Shown: in pieces, positions 10,250 to 22,512 of the stretch
Layout: every line of letters begins with the position of its first letter
How positions within the stretch are numbered: the first letter of the stretch is position 1
DNA from: Eledone cirrhosa
Lineage: Eukaryota
Assembly: GCA_964016885.1 (NCBI GenBank)
Contig: OZ024741.1
Span: 280,116,001-280,180,000, forward strand
Reading direction: 5' to 3'
DNA length: 64,000 nt
Position numbers and translations under genes: made by a program
The notes under the pieces: model-generated
Databases searched by the model: none
What the model saw: only the letters and a program-made list of their open reading frames with translations
Told to the model about the DNA's origin: nothing

Positions 10250-13200
10250 TCATCATCATCATCATCGTTTAACGTGTATCTTCCATGCTAGCATGGGTTT
10301 AGACGGGAATTATCCCACTTGAGGCAAGATCGGTCATCTCGCTCGCATAGGACTGTCTGGCAGGTTTTCTACGGCTGGATGCCCTTCCTAACACCAACCT
10401 CATTTACAGTGTGGGCTGGGAGGTTTTTACCGTGTTACCTACACGGCCACATTACAGCGTGGACTGTGTGTGTTTTTTTTTGTCGTGACACCTACACGAC
10501 CTCATTTATTTAGGGCTGGATGTTGTGGTACCAACATAACTTTTACAGAGTAAGGGGTGGTGTTGATAGAGGTGGGGGTGGAGTTGAGGTAGTGAGATGG
10601 GGGTGTATTTTTGATTAAGAAGTGCCTACTGACTGTAGGTTTCGCTTTGTACTTAGGCAAGGCGGGTCTTCTGTATTACTGCGAAGCGCCAAAGATCTCG
10701 GTCCAGAGACATTGTCTTAGAGAGGTGTAAGTGTGTAAGGTCGGAATTTATCAAATCGTCCCAGGTTTTTCTGGGTCTGCCTACTCCGTACATTCCATCA
10801 ATTTTGATCGACCTGCACTTTTTTATACAGCTGTCGTCTTTCATGCGCATCACGTGACCATACCAACGTAGTCTTCTCTTGAGTAAACAGCATCTGATCC
10901 CTCTTATTCCTAATTTCTCACTTAGTTCATTTATGCTTTGCTGTTCACGTATATTACTAATACACATCCAACAGAGTATGCTTCATTCCTTTCCAGTCTG
11001 CGCAGATCCTCTGCACACAATGCCCATGTCTCACTGTCATGTAACATTGCTGTTTGTATGCAGGCATCATACAGTCTGCCTTTCATTTTTAGAGAGAAAC
11101 CTTTAGCGGCCAATAGTGGTATAAGCTCTCTGAACTTTTCCATCCCATTTTGACTCTGGCTACTGTACTTTCAAAGCACCCTCCACCTCTGCTGATTTTG
11201 TCACCCAGGTAACGGAAGGTGTCTACTATTTCTATAGAGCCATCTGAGCAATAGAATGAGCTAGTATCCTGTGGGCACTTGCTACTTATTGCACCTGAGC
11301 ACCGGCCACATATAAAATATACGTTCTTAGATAGCTTACCTGTGATCCACTACATCTTTTATGCACCCATACTTTGCATTTGGGACATAAAATGGAATTC
11401 CTGCCTACTCCTTTCCTATACACTGAGCATGGCCATTTCCCAGAGGAGACCTGTGCCCTATTTTCCTTCCTACATACTAGAACTTTAGTCTTAGACAAGT
11501 TAACTTTAAGGCTTTTGATTCTAGGCCATACTTCCATGTTTGGAATTTCTTCTCTAGTTCAGCCATCGATTCAGCTATGAGCGTTAGATCATCTGCATAT
11601 AGAAGTTCCCATGGGCAGGCGGCCTTGAACTCCTCTGTTATAGCCTGAAGGGCAATAATAAATAGGAGGGGTCTAAGGACGGAGCCCTGATGAACACCAA
11701 CTTTTACGCTAAATTCTTCACTATATTCGTTGTTAATTCTAACCTTGCTCTCACAAGCCATTCATCAACCCCTAGTTTTCTAAGGGCCCACCAGATAATG
11801 GCGCGGGGGACTCTGTCAAAGGTTTTCTCCAAGTCGACAAAAGCTAAGTATAGGGGTTTACTTTTAGCTAGGTACTTCTCCTGTAGTTGTCGTACAAGGA
11901 AAAGGGCGTCTGTGGTATTTTACCTGACACAAACCCAAACTGCATTTCATCTAGATCAATTCGCTCTCTGATTACACCTATCAAAGACAATGACACACGA
12001 CCGTGACTTCTGGCGTCACGCAGTAATACAGAGTACCCGACCTCCCATGCGTACATGCTGAAGCATATAAACAATATGCCCCCACACCCCCCACCGCAAG
12101 GTGGTCGTGGAGGTGCCACGGCAAAAAAGCACCCAGCCCACACTGTAAAGTGGACGTGTAGGCGCCACGAAAAAGCACCCAGCACTCACTGTAAATGAGG
12201 TTGGTGTTAGGAAGGGCATCCAGCTGTAGAAATCAAGCCAGATCAGTTCCTGTATGAGCAAGGCATGGTCAGCCGACCAGACACTGCCCATAACAGGACA
12301 ACCCGTCTAACCCATGCTAGCGTGGAAGAACGGACGTAAAACGGTGATGATGATGATGATGATGATTAGTTGCGTTATAACTTTTTCTGTGACCTTCATC
12401 ACCTGGTCAATTAATTTAATGCCTCTATAGTTTCCCCTATCTAGGGCATCTCCTTTACCCTTGTAGCAGTTAATGATGATGATGCTACGCCAGTCATTTG
12501 TATGACCCCGTTCTGTATGACTTGGTTTACTATCCGGGTGACCATAGTGTGTCCCACCATTCCAGATGCTTTCAGCATTTCAGCAACTATTTCCGAAGGC
12601 CCAGCTGCCTTGCCCGTCTTCATATCTTTGATTGCCTTACTTATTATACTACCTTCAACTAGCACTGCTGGTCCATCTATTGGATCGATTTGGGGCAGAC
12701 TATCTTTTTCCCATTTATTTTCCTCATTTAGTAGCCTCTTGTAGTGACACTTCCAAGCTACCCTCTTATCAGCATCAGTGATGGCAAGTACACCATCATC
12801 ATTACGGATACACTTCTCCCCAACAATATCACGGTTTTCCTTGACACATTGCCTAGCAATCCTGAACACGTTTTTGGTCCTCGTGTTGTAGAACATGCTT
12901 GAACTTTCTTTCCTCTGCTTCTCTTCTTGCAAAGTACACTTGTCTCCTAGCTTCCCTCCTGGCCACTTGATAGTGTTCTCTACTTCCCCCATCCCGCCAT
13001 ACTTTTCAAGCCTGCTTTTCGGCCTTGATTGACTCCTCCATCTTACTGTTCCACCACCACGTTACTCTCCTCCTCCCTATAGGTCTGCTCCAACCACAGA
13101 TTTCATCTGTCGCCTTCAGCAGGTTAACCTTCAGGAATTCCCACTGTTCCTCTATACTGTACGTCTCTAATTGCTCTTCCTTACTGTCAAAATCATCAAG

Positions 13201-13375
13201 TAATATGCTTTTAAATTTGTTACTGGCTGTGGGGTCCTTTAACTTCCATATTCTTCTCCTAAGGGTAGTCCTCCTCTGTTGTCGAGTACCTCTTGTCCTG
13301 ACTATGAGGTCGCTAACTATGAGGCTATGTTGGGAGGTGCATCCTTCACGGGGGAGGGATTTAGTGTTTACAACA
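10250..13375 (-). mobile_element. RTE LINE family B, longer degenerate copy
   Basis: Frameshifted APE-end, RT (HQGSVL, YADD) and C-terminal ORF pieces 10653-13386(-). (CAT)n tail. Interrupted at ~11975-12366. Confidence 0.92.
11975..12366 (+). mobile_element. RTE LINE family C 3' fragment nested in the family B copy
   Basis: Encodes HLSKTMTHDRDFWRHAVIQSTRPP, then 3' UTR and (GAT)n. Short duplication TGATTA at both junctions. Second copy at 20262-20661. Confidence 0.8.
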
Positions 13376-13384
13376 TATATATAC

Positions 13385-13470
<86 letters not shown>

Positions 13471-13501
13471 AATTATATTATATATATATATATTATATAT
13501 A

Positions 13502-13541
<40 letters not shown>

Positions 13542-13572
13542 AATTATATTATATATATATATATTATATATA

Positions 13573-13604
<32 letters not shown>

Positions 13605-13627
13605 TATATTATATATATATATATATT

Positions 13628-15832
13628 CAGTACACTGGGTAGTGACCACCGGCTTGTTATGAGTGAGGTCCGCGTGAGCTTAAGAAAGAGCAAGGCTCAG
13701 CCCCGGAGAACAATCTATGACTGGGGAGCTTTCAAGGAAGATGATAGGCTACAGGAGAGGTTCACAGTGGAAGTGAGAAACAGGTTTAGTGCTCTGTGTG
13801 GAGAGTCAGAGGAGAGAGAGATTGGATGGACCGAGGAGAGTGTGGCGAGGAGGTACGGGCACTTCACCAATGCAGTGGCGGAAGCAAGTGAAACCCTGGT
13901 GCCGAGGAAAAAGAACAAAGGGAAGCATGTCAGCTCTGCAAACCCAAAAGTGTGTGCAGCCAGAGAACACCTGAAAGCTGCCAGGGATCAATTCTATGCT
14001 GATCCTACGGAGGAGAGGATGGAGACTGTGGAGGTGATGAGGGAAGAGCTCTGTACCGCTTACACTGAGGTCAGAGAGGAGGCACTGATAGAGAAGATCA
14101 GAAGTGTGGAGAGAGCGGTTGACAGATCTGGATGTAAGGAGAGCTGGATGATCATCAACGAGATCACAGGGAGGAAGAGAAGGTGTTCGAGTCAGATCCA
14201 GGGAACGGGGCCCGAGGATAGGAAGAGGAAATGGCTAGACCATTTTAGGACCCTACTAGGAGAGCCACCCTCCACAGCCCAGAGCACTGGGGAGATCAGG
14301 CGGCTGTTTGAGGAACTGGATGTTGAGACAGAGCCCTTCACCAGAGAGGAGCTTCAGAGAGCCAAGAAGAGGATCAAGGAGGGCAAGGCTCATGGAGAAG
14401 ATGGAGTGGCATCAGAGGTGATGAAGAGGTGTGATTTTGATGATATCATCCTGGGGTTCTGTAACGGGGCACTGGAGAAAGGAGTTGCCCGAATCAGTGG
14501 AGGATCAGTAACATCGTCCCAGTGCCAAAGAAGGTAGATCTCTCTAACACCAACAACTACTGGGGGATCTCACTGACGTCACTTGAGGCAAAGACCCTCA
14601 ACAGGATGATTCTTAACAGGATCCAGCCTGAGATGGAGAAATAGCTCAGGGACAACCAGAACGGCTTCAGGGAGGGTAGATCAACCACCAGTCACATCCT
14701 GATGCTGAGGAGGATATTAGAGGGAGCTAGAGCAAAGTGCCTTCCTGCGGTCATGGTTTTCATTGACTTTAGGAAGGCCTTTGATTCTGTGGACCGTTAC
14801 TGCCTGATGAAGATCTTACAGGCTTATGGAATCCCCAAGAAGATAGTGGATCTGATATCACTGCTCTACACCAACACCAAAGCCCAAGTCATTACACCTG
14901 ATGGGATGACATAGTTCTTTGAGATACTGGCTGGAGTGCTCCAGGGAGATACATTGGCTCCCTACCTTTTTATCATCGTAGTGGACTATTGTATGCGCCT
15001 TGCACTGGAGAAACACCAGGACTCTGGCTTTACTGTAGCACTGGCTCAGAGCAGGAGAGTTAGGGTGAAAAAGGTATCGGATGCTGAATTTGCCGACGAC
15101 ATAGTTTTGGTGACAAATACAGTGAAGGAGGCAGAGGATTTGATGCGGGAGGTTGAGACTGTGTCGATGAGTGTGGGGCTGAGAATGAATGAGACTAAAA
15201 CAAAATATCTGGTAGAGAATGTTGAGAAGCCAAAGGGGATCACTAATGTAGGCGGGAAGCCACTGGAATTGGTTGAGGACTTGTATTTGGGAGCAAAGAT
15301 TGGGAATACGGAAGATGATGTGGTTGAGAGGAAGAGCAAGGCCTGGGCGGCATGCCACAGCTTGAGATTGGTGTGGAAGTCGGACCTTCGTAGAGACCTG
15401 AAAATCCGCCTCTTCATTGCTGTAGTGGAGTCTGCGCTGCTGTATGGGTCTGAGACTTGGACACTGACCAAGAAACTCACTCAGATGGTGGATGGGTGCT
15501 ACACGAGAATGCTGAGGATGGCTCTGAACATTAATCAGTATACACTGAGGATGAAAAACTCAGAGCTGTATGGGAGCATCCCAAAAGTGACACAGAGGAG
15601 ACTGAGGTTAGCTGGACATGCTCACCGACATCCAGAGTTGACATTGCACTCAGTGCTCCTTTGGGAGCCCCTACATGGACACACTGGAAGAGGAAGACCA
15701 AGGTTGACGTATGTTGATGCCCTAAGGTCAGACACTGGTCTGTTGGAGACGCAGGACATGGCAGCGATAATGAGGGACAGAGACCGCTGGAGAGAACTCG
15801 TCCATGGATCTCGGGAATTTTACCCGCCTTAG
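13628..15832 (+). mobile_element. RTE-clade LINE family D, 5'-truncated, disrupted
   Basis: GSDHRLV (APE end), FIDFRKAFDSV, LQGDTLAPYLF, FADD and GRGRPR. Frameshifts and stops at ~14500-14930. (TA)n on both sides, no CAT tail, no PHD insert. Confidence 0.9.
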
Positions 15833-15994
15833 ATATATATATATATATATATTCTATATATGTTATATATATTACATTATATATATTATATTATATTATA
15901 TATATATTATATATATTATATTATATTTATTAAAATAACAGTTTAAAGTTTAAGCAAAGAATCGCTGCTTTCACCCTTATATATATATATCTAT

Positions 15995-18661
15995 ATGACA
16001 GAGGACGGAGACATCGTTATGCTAGCAGGAGACTTCAATGGTCATGTTGGACAGCTCCAGGATGGTTACACTGGGGTACATGGTGGGCACGGTTACGGTT
16101 CAAGAAATGAAGAAGGAGTGAGACTTCTTGAATTTTGTGATGCGAGTACATTGACTATTTGCAACACAAACTTCCAGAAACCTGCCAATCACCTAATAAC
16201 CTACAAATCTGGTGAGCACATAAGCCAGATTGACTTCCTGCTAGTTAGGCAGCGGGACAGGCAGATAGTGTCTAATACCAAGGCATACCCTGGAGAAGAA
16301 TGTACCCCACAGCATAGGTTAGTTGTTAGTGATATCTCAGTAAGCAAGAGATGGAATGAGACATATAGGAAGGTGTGGAGAAGAAAGGTCTGGAAGCTAA
16401 AAGACCTTTCACTAAAATACAAATTTAGGAAAGCCCTTCAAGATGTATATGACGAAAAAGAAGATGATTTAGAGACGTATGACATAGATAATAACTGGAA
16501 GTTCTTACGTGACAACTTGCTGCAGGCTACTGATGAAACCTGTGGCTGGAGCAGAGCTCCAACCAGACAGAGAGTGACCTGGTGGTGGAACAGCACAGTA
16601 GATAAGGCTATTAGAGACAAAAGACTAGCATGGAAGGCTTGGAAAAAGGGTGGGAGTAGGGAAGAATATACAGCCACTAAGAGAGAAGCTAGACGTCAGG
16701 TGTACTTAGCACGCAGGGAGGCAGAGAGTAGGAGGTTTGCCAATGTTCTGCGACGGGAAGATCAGAGGCGTGCGGTGTTCCACATTGCAAGGCAGTGTGT
16801 CAATGCAAATCAGGATGTTGTTGGAGATAAATGTGTCCGGAATGATGCCGGTGTACTTAGTGTCACGAATGACCAGAAAAAGGAGGCCTGGAAATGTCAT
16901 TATGAGAGACTGATGAATGTGGAGAACGAATGGGAGAGAGAGAAATTACCCTTGGTAGATCCGACAGAGGGACCAGCTATTGAGATTGACGAATATAGAG
17001 TCCAAGAGGCGATTAGGGAAATGAAAAATGGTAAGGCGGCCGGACCATCGGGAATAGTTGCTGAGATGCTGAAGGCATCAGGGGACGTAGGCACTAAACT
17101 GGTTGCACGCATCATCAATCAGGCTATATATGGTGGTGTCATACCCAAAGACTGGTGCAGCAGTATTCTCATAAATTGCTACAAAGGTAAAGGGGATGCT
17201 TTGGAGAGGAGCAATTATAGGGGTATAAAACTGATAGATCAGGTTATGAAAGTGGCAGAAAGGATTTTAGCACAACTAATTAGAGAAAGGGTCAAACTAG
17301 ATGAGATGCAGTTTGGTTTTGTGCCTGGGAAGAGTACAACAGATGCCCTCTTCTTGGTGAGACAAATGCAAGAGAGGTTCTTAGAGAAGAATAAGCCACT
17401 ATACTTAGCCTTTGTTGACCTAGAGAAGGCCTTTGATAGGGTACCCCGATCTGTCATCTGGTGGTCCCTAAGGAAGCTAGGTGTTGAGGAATGGCTTGTG
17501 AGGACAGTGCAAACTTTGTACAGAGGTACTCTCATTAAAGTCAGGGTAGGAATGGAGTTTAGTGAGGAATTCCAGATACAAGTAGGAGTACATCAGGGTT
17601 CGGTCCTCAGCCCGCTCTTGTTCATTATAGTCCTCCAAGCCATAACAGAGGAGTTTAAGACTGGATGTCCATGGGAACTTCTCTATGCTGACGATCTGGC
17701 TCTTATAGCAGAATCAGTAGAGGAGCTAGAGAATAAATTCCGGCTATGGAAACAGCAGTTGGAAGCAAGAGGACTGAGAGTAAATCTAGCTAAGACAAAA
17801 GTGTTGATGAGTAGAAAAGAGGACAAAACCCTGATTCCGTCAGGGAAATGGCCATGTTCGATATGCAGAAAAGGAACTGGCATAAATTCTATAAAATGCA
17901 CACAATGCAGGTCCTGGGTACACAAGAGATGTAGCGGGATAGCAGGCAAACTAACAGGTAGGGAGAAATATGTATGCAGTAGATGTACAGGGAAATTAGA
18001 CAGTAGAAGTCGCACTGATAGATACATTTTTCAAATGCGAGAGGGCGCTATAGAAGTGGTGGAAAGCTTCGGGTACCTAGGAGATCAGATTAGCATGGGA
18101 GGAGGGTGTTCCGAGGCCATAGTATCTAGAATAAGGACGGGTTGGAAGAAGTTTAGGGAGCTGCTTCCTCTGTTGACGAAGAAGGGTTTCTCCCTGCGTA
18201 CGAAAGGCCGGTTGTATGATGCCTGTGTGAGGAGCGCGATGCTGCATGGTAGTGAGACATGGGCAGCAACCGCAGAGGATATGCGTAGGCTGGAGAGAAA
18301 TGAGGCAAGCATGCTCCGTTGGATGTGCAGTGTAAATGTGCGTGAACGACCCAGCATAAATGTGTTGAGAGAGAAACTGTGTCTGAGAGGGATAGAATGT
18401 AGTGTACGGGAGAGGAGACTGAGGTGGTATGGACATGTGATGCGCATGGAGGATGACCGATGGGTGAAGATGTGCCAGGAAATGCCAGTTGAAGGAAGAC
18501 GTGGTAGAGGTAGAACACGAAAAACATGGGCGGAGGTGGTGAGAACAGACCTCAGATCATTGAAGCTCACGGTGGAGATGACGAGGGACCGTGACGAGTG
18601 GAGAGATGCTGTGCTGAATAAGACCCGTCCCACCCTTGCAAGCAGGGAAAAGCGGACGTAA
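15995..18661 (+). CDS. RTE LINE family A ORF (partial APE endonuclease, RT, PHD-type finger), 888 aa uninterrupted, 5'-truncated
   Basis: GDFNGH, QIDFLL and QHRLVV (APE). FVDLEKAFDRV, HQGSVLSPLLF and YADD (RT). (GAT)n tail to ~18689, TA flanks. Confidence 0.95.
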   Translation: MTEDGDIVMLAGDFNGHVGQLQDGYTGVHGGHGYGSRNEEGVRLLEFCDASTLTICNTNFQKPANHLITYKSGEHISQIDFLLVRQRDRQIVSNTKAYPGEECTPQHRLVVSDISVSKRWNETYRKVWRRKVWKLKDLSLKYKFRKALQDVYDEKEDDLETYDIDNNWKFLRDNLLQATDETCGWSRAPTRQRVTWWWNSTVDKAIRDKRLAWKAWKKGGSREEYTATKREARRQVYLARREAESRRFANVLRREDQRRAVFHIARQCVNANQDVVGDKCVRNDAGVLSVTNDQKKEAWKCHYERLMNVENEWEREKLPLVDPTEGPAIEIDEYRVQEAIREMKNGKAAGPSGIVAEMLKASGDVGTKLVARIINQAIYGGVIPKDWCSSILINCYKGKGDALERSNYRGIKLIDQVMKVAERILAQLIRERVKLDEMQFGFVPGKSTTDALFLVRQMQERFLEKNKPLYLAFVDLEKAFDRVPRSVIWWSLRKLGVEEWLVRTVQTLYRGTLIKVRVGMEFSEEFQIQVGVHQGSVLSPLLFIIVLQAITEEFKTGCPWELLYADDLALIAESVEELENKFRLWKQQLEARGLRVNLAKTKVLMSRKEDKTLIPSGKWPCSICRKGTGINSIKCTQCRSWVHKRCSGIAGKLTGREKYVCSRCTGKLDSRSRTDRYIFQMREGAIEVVESFGYLGDQISMGGGCSEAIVSRIRTGWKKFRELLPLLTKKGFSLRTKGRLYDACVRSAMLHGSETWAATAEDMRRLERNEASMLRWMCSVNVRERPSINVLREKLCLRGIECSVRERRLRWYGHVMRMEDDRWVKMCQEMPVEGRRGRGRTRKTWAEVVRTDLRSLKLTVEMTRDRDEWRDAVLNKTRPTLASREKRT

Positions 18662-19056
18662 AATGATGATGATGATGATGATGATGATATTTATATATAT
18701 ATATATATAATGGAAAATTTGAACAGGAACAAAACAGAGAGGCAGTACAACGAATGTTTATTAATTTCACGCTCTTGAGAGTGGGGTGGTGGTATATATA
18801 TATATACGATATTAACAAATGGAAACTATATTTATAAAACCATATTTATTTCATTATACATATTTCAAGGACACCACGTTAAATTATGGTGTGCTTTCAT
18901 CAGACAAAATATAATATAGATCAGTTTTATAAATAAATATTGACATACCCTTAAAAAATGCAACCATTACTGTTGGAAGCTCCCGGATAGTGGAGTTGTT
19001 TACTTATATTTTTATTTTTAAAATAAGCCATTAAAAATAAAAATATCCAATACTAA

Positions 19057-19953
19057 TCTATATATATAAAACTGTGGTTGTCTGTCTGTCTATCGATTTT
19101 TGGCACACATCTCCTCTTAGAATCTCTCACGGAATTGCACCGAAATTGCTATACTTGTACATTTAGCCCTAGCGAAGACATCGGAAAAAAAAAATTTCAA
19201 ATTGACCCACCCTATGTGACGAAATCGAATATAATGTATCGATTTTTGAGCGTAAGTTATCAGTTATTTCCCTTTGTTCTGTTTACATTGAGCGTCTTAC
19301 GTAAAAAATTACGCTGGCTTTAACAGTTGTCGAGCCAGCAAAATATTGACCTGCAAAATTCATCAGTTCAAACACTAAGCTTCCGTTTTGCTTCATTTCA
19401 TTTAAAAGCATTTTAAAACAATATTTTTACTTGAAAACAAGTCTATTTAAAGACTACGTAAAACAAGCAAATATTTCGTCGTTAGGCGTGCAGACAGACA
19501 GTCGTGCAGAGAGGTGATATACGCGTGCAGACAGACAGTCGTGTAGAGAGGTGATATAGGCGTGCAGACAGACAGTCGTGCAGAGAGGTGATATAGGCGT
19601 GCAGACAGACAGTCGTGCAGAGAGGTGATATAGGCGTGCAGACAGACATAACTGATAATTTGGTTACGCTAATGTTTTTCTCTGCGTTGCAGTGTTTACA
19701 TTTTCGATCTTTGTTAATAAATAACCAGTGCAGTTTTTATCCCCAGCATCCTCTTTTGTTATAACATTCGGGTTATCGTTATGTTTTCTTAACTTCATAA
19801 GGCATATTGTTGGTTGAGGGAATATTAATCAAAAACACCACATGCAAGTCTGCACAGTAGACACTACAGTTTTTAAGCCAAAAAAGAAAATTAACATTGT
19901 AACTTTAACACAGCTACTGAGCGACCCCGAGCAACGCCGGGCTTTACTGCTAG
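19057..19953 (+). mobile_element. Non-autonomous Helitron
   Basis: A|TCTATATATATAAAA start, 3' hairpin CCCGAGCAACGCCGGG and CTAG|T end, no TSD. Internal ~37-38-bp tandem repeat at 19484-19648. Confidence 0.88.
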
Positions 19954-20056
19954 TAATAATATAAGTAAACAACTCCACTATCCGGGAGCTTCCAACAGTA
20001 ATGGTTGCATTTTTTAAGGGTATGTCAATATTTATTTATAAAACTGATCTATATTA

Positions 20057-20121
20057 TATTTTGTCTGATGAAAGCACACCATAATTTAACTTGGTGTCCT
20101 TGAAATATGTATAATGAAATA
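20057..20121 (+). ncRNA. Type I hammerhead ribozyme motif
   Basis: TATTTTGT-CTGATGA-AAGCACACCA..TGGTGTCCTT-GAAA-TATGTA-TA/ATGAAATA. Confidence 0.78.
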
Positions 20122-20261
20122 AATATGGTTTTATAAATATAGTTTCCATTTGTTAATATCGTATGTTTACTCCAAATACTTGTTGAGTGCTTTATATTAG
20201 TTATAAAAATATTTGCTTGTTGTATAAAAGCCGACCTTACCCAGGTGATAAAAGCCGACCT

Positions 20262-20661
20262 TACCCAATTACACCTCTCAAAGGCAATGACACACGACCG
20301 TGACTTCTGGCGTCACGCAGTAATACAGAGTACCCGACCTCCCATGGGTACAAGCTGAAGCATATAGACAATATGCCCCCACTCCCCCCACCGCAAGGTG
20401 GTCGTGGAGGTGCCACGGCAAAAAAGCACCCAGCCCACACTGTAAAGTGGACGTGTAGGTGCCACGAAAAAGCACCCAGCACTCACTGTAAATGAGGTTG
20501 GTGTTAGGAAGGGCATCCAGCTGTAGAAATCAAGCCAAATCAGTTCCTGTATGAGCAAGGCATGGTCAGCCGACCAGACACTGCCCACAACAGGACAACC
20601 CGTCTAACCCCTGCTAGCATGGAAGAACGGACGTAAAACGGTGATGATGATGATGATGATG
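20262..20661 (+). mobile_element. RTE LINE family C 3' fragment
   Basis: Near-identical to 11975-12366. (GAT)n tail. Confidence 0.8.
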
Positions 20662-20690
20662 TATCCCAACAATTTAAATAGAACTTTTGC

Positions 20691-20722
<32 letters not shown>

Positions 20723-20727
20723 GTATG

Positions 20728-20766
<39 letters not shown>

Positions 20767-20768
20767 GA

Positions 20769-20847
<79 letters not shown>

Positions 20848-20848
20848 A

Positions 20849-21179
20849 CATGGCTTAGTGGTTAGAGCATTGGCCTTGCAATCGAAAGGTTTTGAGTACA
20901 ATTCTCAGACCCGGTGATGTGTTGTTGCCTTGAGCAAGACACTTTATTTCACATTGCTCCAGTTTACTCAGCTGTAGAAATGAGATGATAGGGACTGGGA
21001 TCCCTATCATTCCACTGCAAAGTGGTCGTGGAGGTGCCACGGCAAAAAAAAGCACCCATCACTCACTGTAGATGAGGTTGGTGTTAGGAAGGGCATCCAG
21101 CTGTAGAATTCAAGCCAGAATCAGTTCCCGTCCCAACCTTGCAATCAGGGAAAAGTGGACGTAAAATGATGATGATGAT
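20849..21179 (+). mobile_element. tRNA-derived SINE with RTE-A 3' tail
   Basis: Box A TGGCTTAGTGG, box B-like GAGT(A/T)CAATTC, CTTGAGCAAGACACTTT core, tail CCCGTCCC..TTGCAA.CAGGGAAAAG.GGACGTAAAAT(GAT)n. Copies at 23037-23357(-) and 53384-53724(+). Confidence 0.88.
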
Positions 21180-21187
21180 ATATATAT

Positions 21188-21755
21188 ATAGTTTCCATTT
21201 ATTAATATCATTGATATTATACTCCAGAAAACTTGTCGAGTGCTTCGAATCTGTTATAAATATATATATTTGTTGAATTACCAACAAATTAAATATCCCT
21301 TTTGCTTATATATATATATATATATATTATATTATATTATATAAGTAAAGGGATATTTAATTTCTTGGTAATTCAACAAATATATATATTTATAACAGAT
21401 TCGAAGCACTCGACAAGTTTTCTGGAGTATAATATCAATGATATTAATAAATGGAAACTATATTTATAAAACCATATTTATTCTATTATATATATTTCAA
21501 GGGTACCAAAACTTTGGTACGTTCTCATCGGATAAAACACAGAGCTTGTTTTATAAATATTGACCTTAACGGTTCAAGTTTTATCCAGGTAAAACTTGAA
21601 CCGTTAAGGTCTCATTCCTGGATATGTCAATATTTATAAAACAAGCTCTGTGTTTTATCCGATGAGAGCGTACCATAGTTTTGGTACCCTTGAAATATAT
21701 ATAATAGAATAAATATGGTTTTATAAATATAATTTCCATTTATTAATATCATTGA
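21188..21755. mobile_element. Double-palindrome family I hammerhead element
   Basis: Inverted pairs 21188-21308 / 21340-21460 and ~21435-21565 / ~21625-21755. Hammerheads at 21479-21539(-) and 21651-21711(+), both with CCGATGA. Confidence 0.78.
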
Positions 21756-21949
21756 TTTATGAGTATCGGTAGAGGGTCGGACGCCATGCTTTGATGTATA
21801 ATAGAGTTACGGCCCTTGCCATTCTGAGTTCAAATCCCGCCGAAGTTAACTTTGCCTTTCATCCTTACGGGGTCGATAAAATAAAGTACCACTAATGCAC
21901 TGGGTAATTGCTGGCCTTGTGCCAAACGTAGAAACAATTATATTATATA

Positions 21950-22447
21950 TATGATAAATTCCGACCTCACACACTTACACCTCTCCAAGACAATGTCACT
22001 GGACCGAGATCTTTGGCGCTACACAGTAATACAGAAGACCCGCCTTGCCTAAGTACAAAGTGAAACCTACCACAGTCAGTAGGCACCTCTAACAAAAATA
22101 CACCCCTGTCCCACTACCCCGACCCCATCCACACCAGCCCTTTCAATGTAAAGTTATGTTGGTACCACAACATCCAGTCCGAAACAAATGAGGTCGTGTA
22201 GGTGTCATGACAAAAAAACACAGTCCACGCTGTAATGTGTCCGTGTAGGCAACACGGTAAAAACCTCCCAGTCCACACTGTAAATGTGGTTGGTGTTAGG
22301 AAGGGCATCCAGCCGTAGAAAACCCGCCAGACAGTCCTATGCGAGCAAGACAACCACTCTTGCCTCAAGTGGGAAAACTCCCGTCCAAACCCATGCAAGC
22401 ATGGATGATGGACGTTAAACGATGATGATGATGATGATAATGATGAT
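21950..22447 (+). mobile_element. RTE family B 3' fragment
   Basis: INSDLTHLHLSKTMSLDRDLWR, then 3' UTR and (GAT)n. Confidence 0.88.
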
Positions 22448-22478
22448 ATATATATATATTATTATATATATATATTAT

Positions 22479-22512
<34 letters not shown>

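Larger units (their letters stand above)
18806..20690 (+). mobile_element. Palindromic hammerhead-bearing element, family I, interrupted by a Helitron and an RTE-C fragment
   Basis: ~200-bp inverted arms 18806-19010 / 19958-20162. Hammerheads at 18847-18911(-) and 20057-20121(+). The tail resumes at 20662 and ends CTTTTGC(AT)n. Confidence 0.78.

Noticed and set aside
13279-13630. YIYIYI, poly-H and poly-S ORFs here and throughout the window
   Set aside because: Translations of (TA)n, (CA)n and (CAT)n microsatellites.
16201-18633. Long antisense ORFs opposite the RTE ORF
   Set aside because: Shadow frames of the RT coding sequence with no independent motifs.
19484-19648. ~37-38-bp direct repeats as a CRISPR array
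   Set aside because: No spacers. This is an internal Helitron minisatellite.
20849-20912. tRNA gene (CTTGCAA loop, Ala-TGC-like)
   Set aside because: Poor acceptor and anticodon stems, and it continues into a SINE body. This is a SINE head, not a tRNA.
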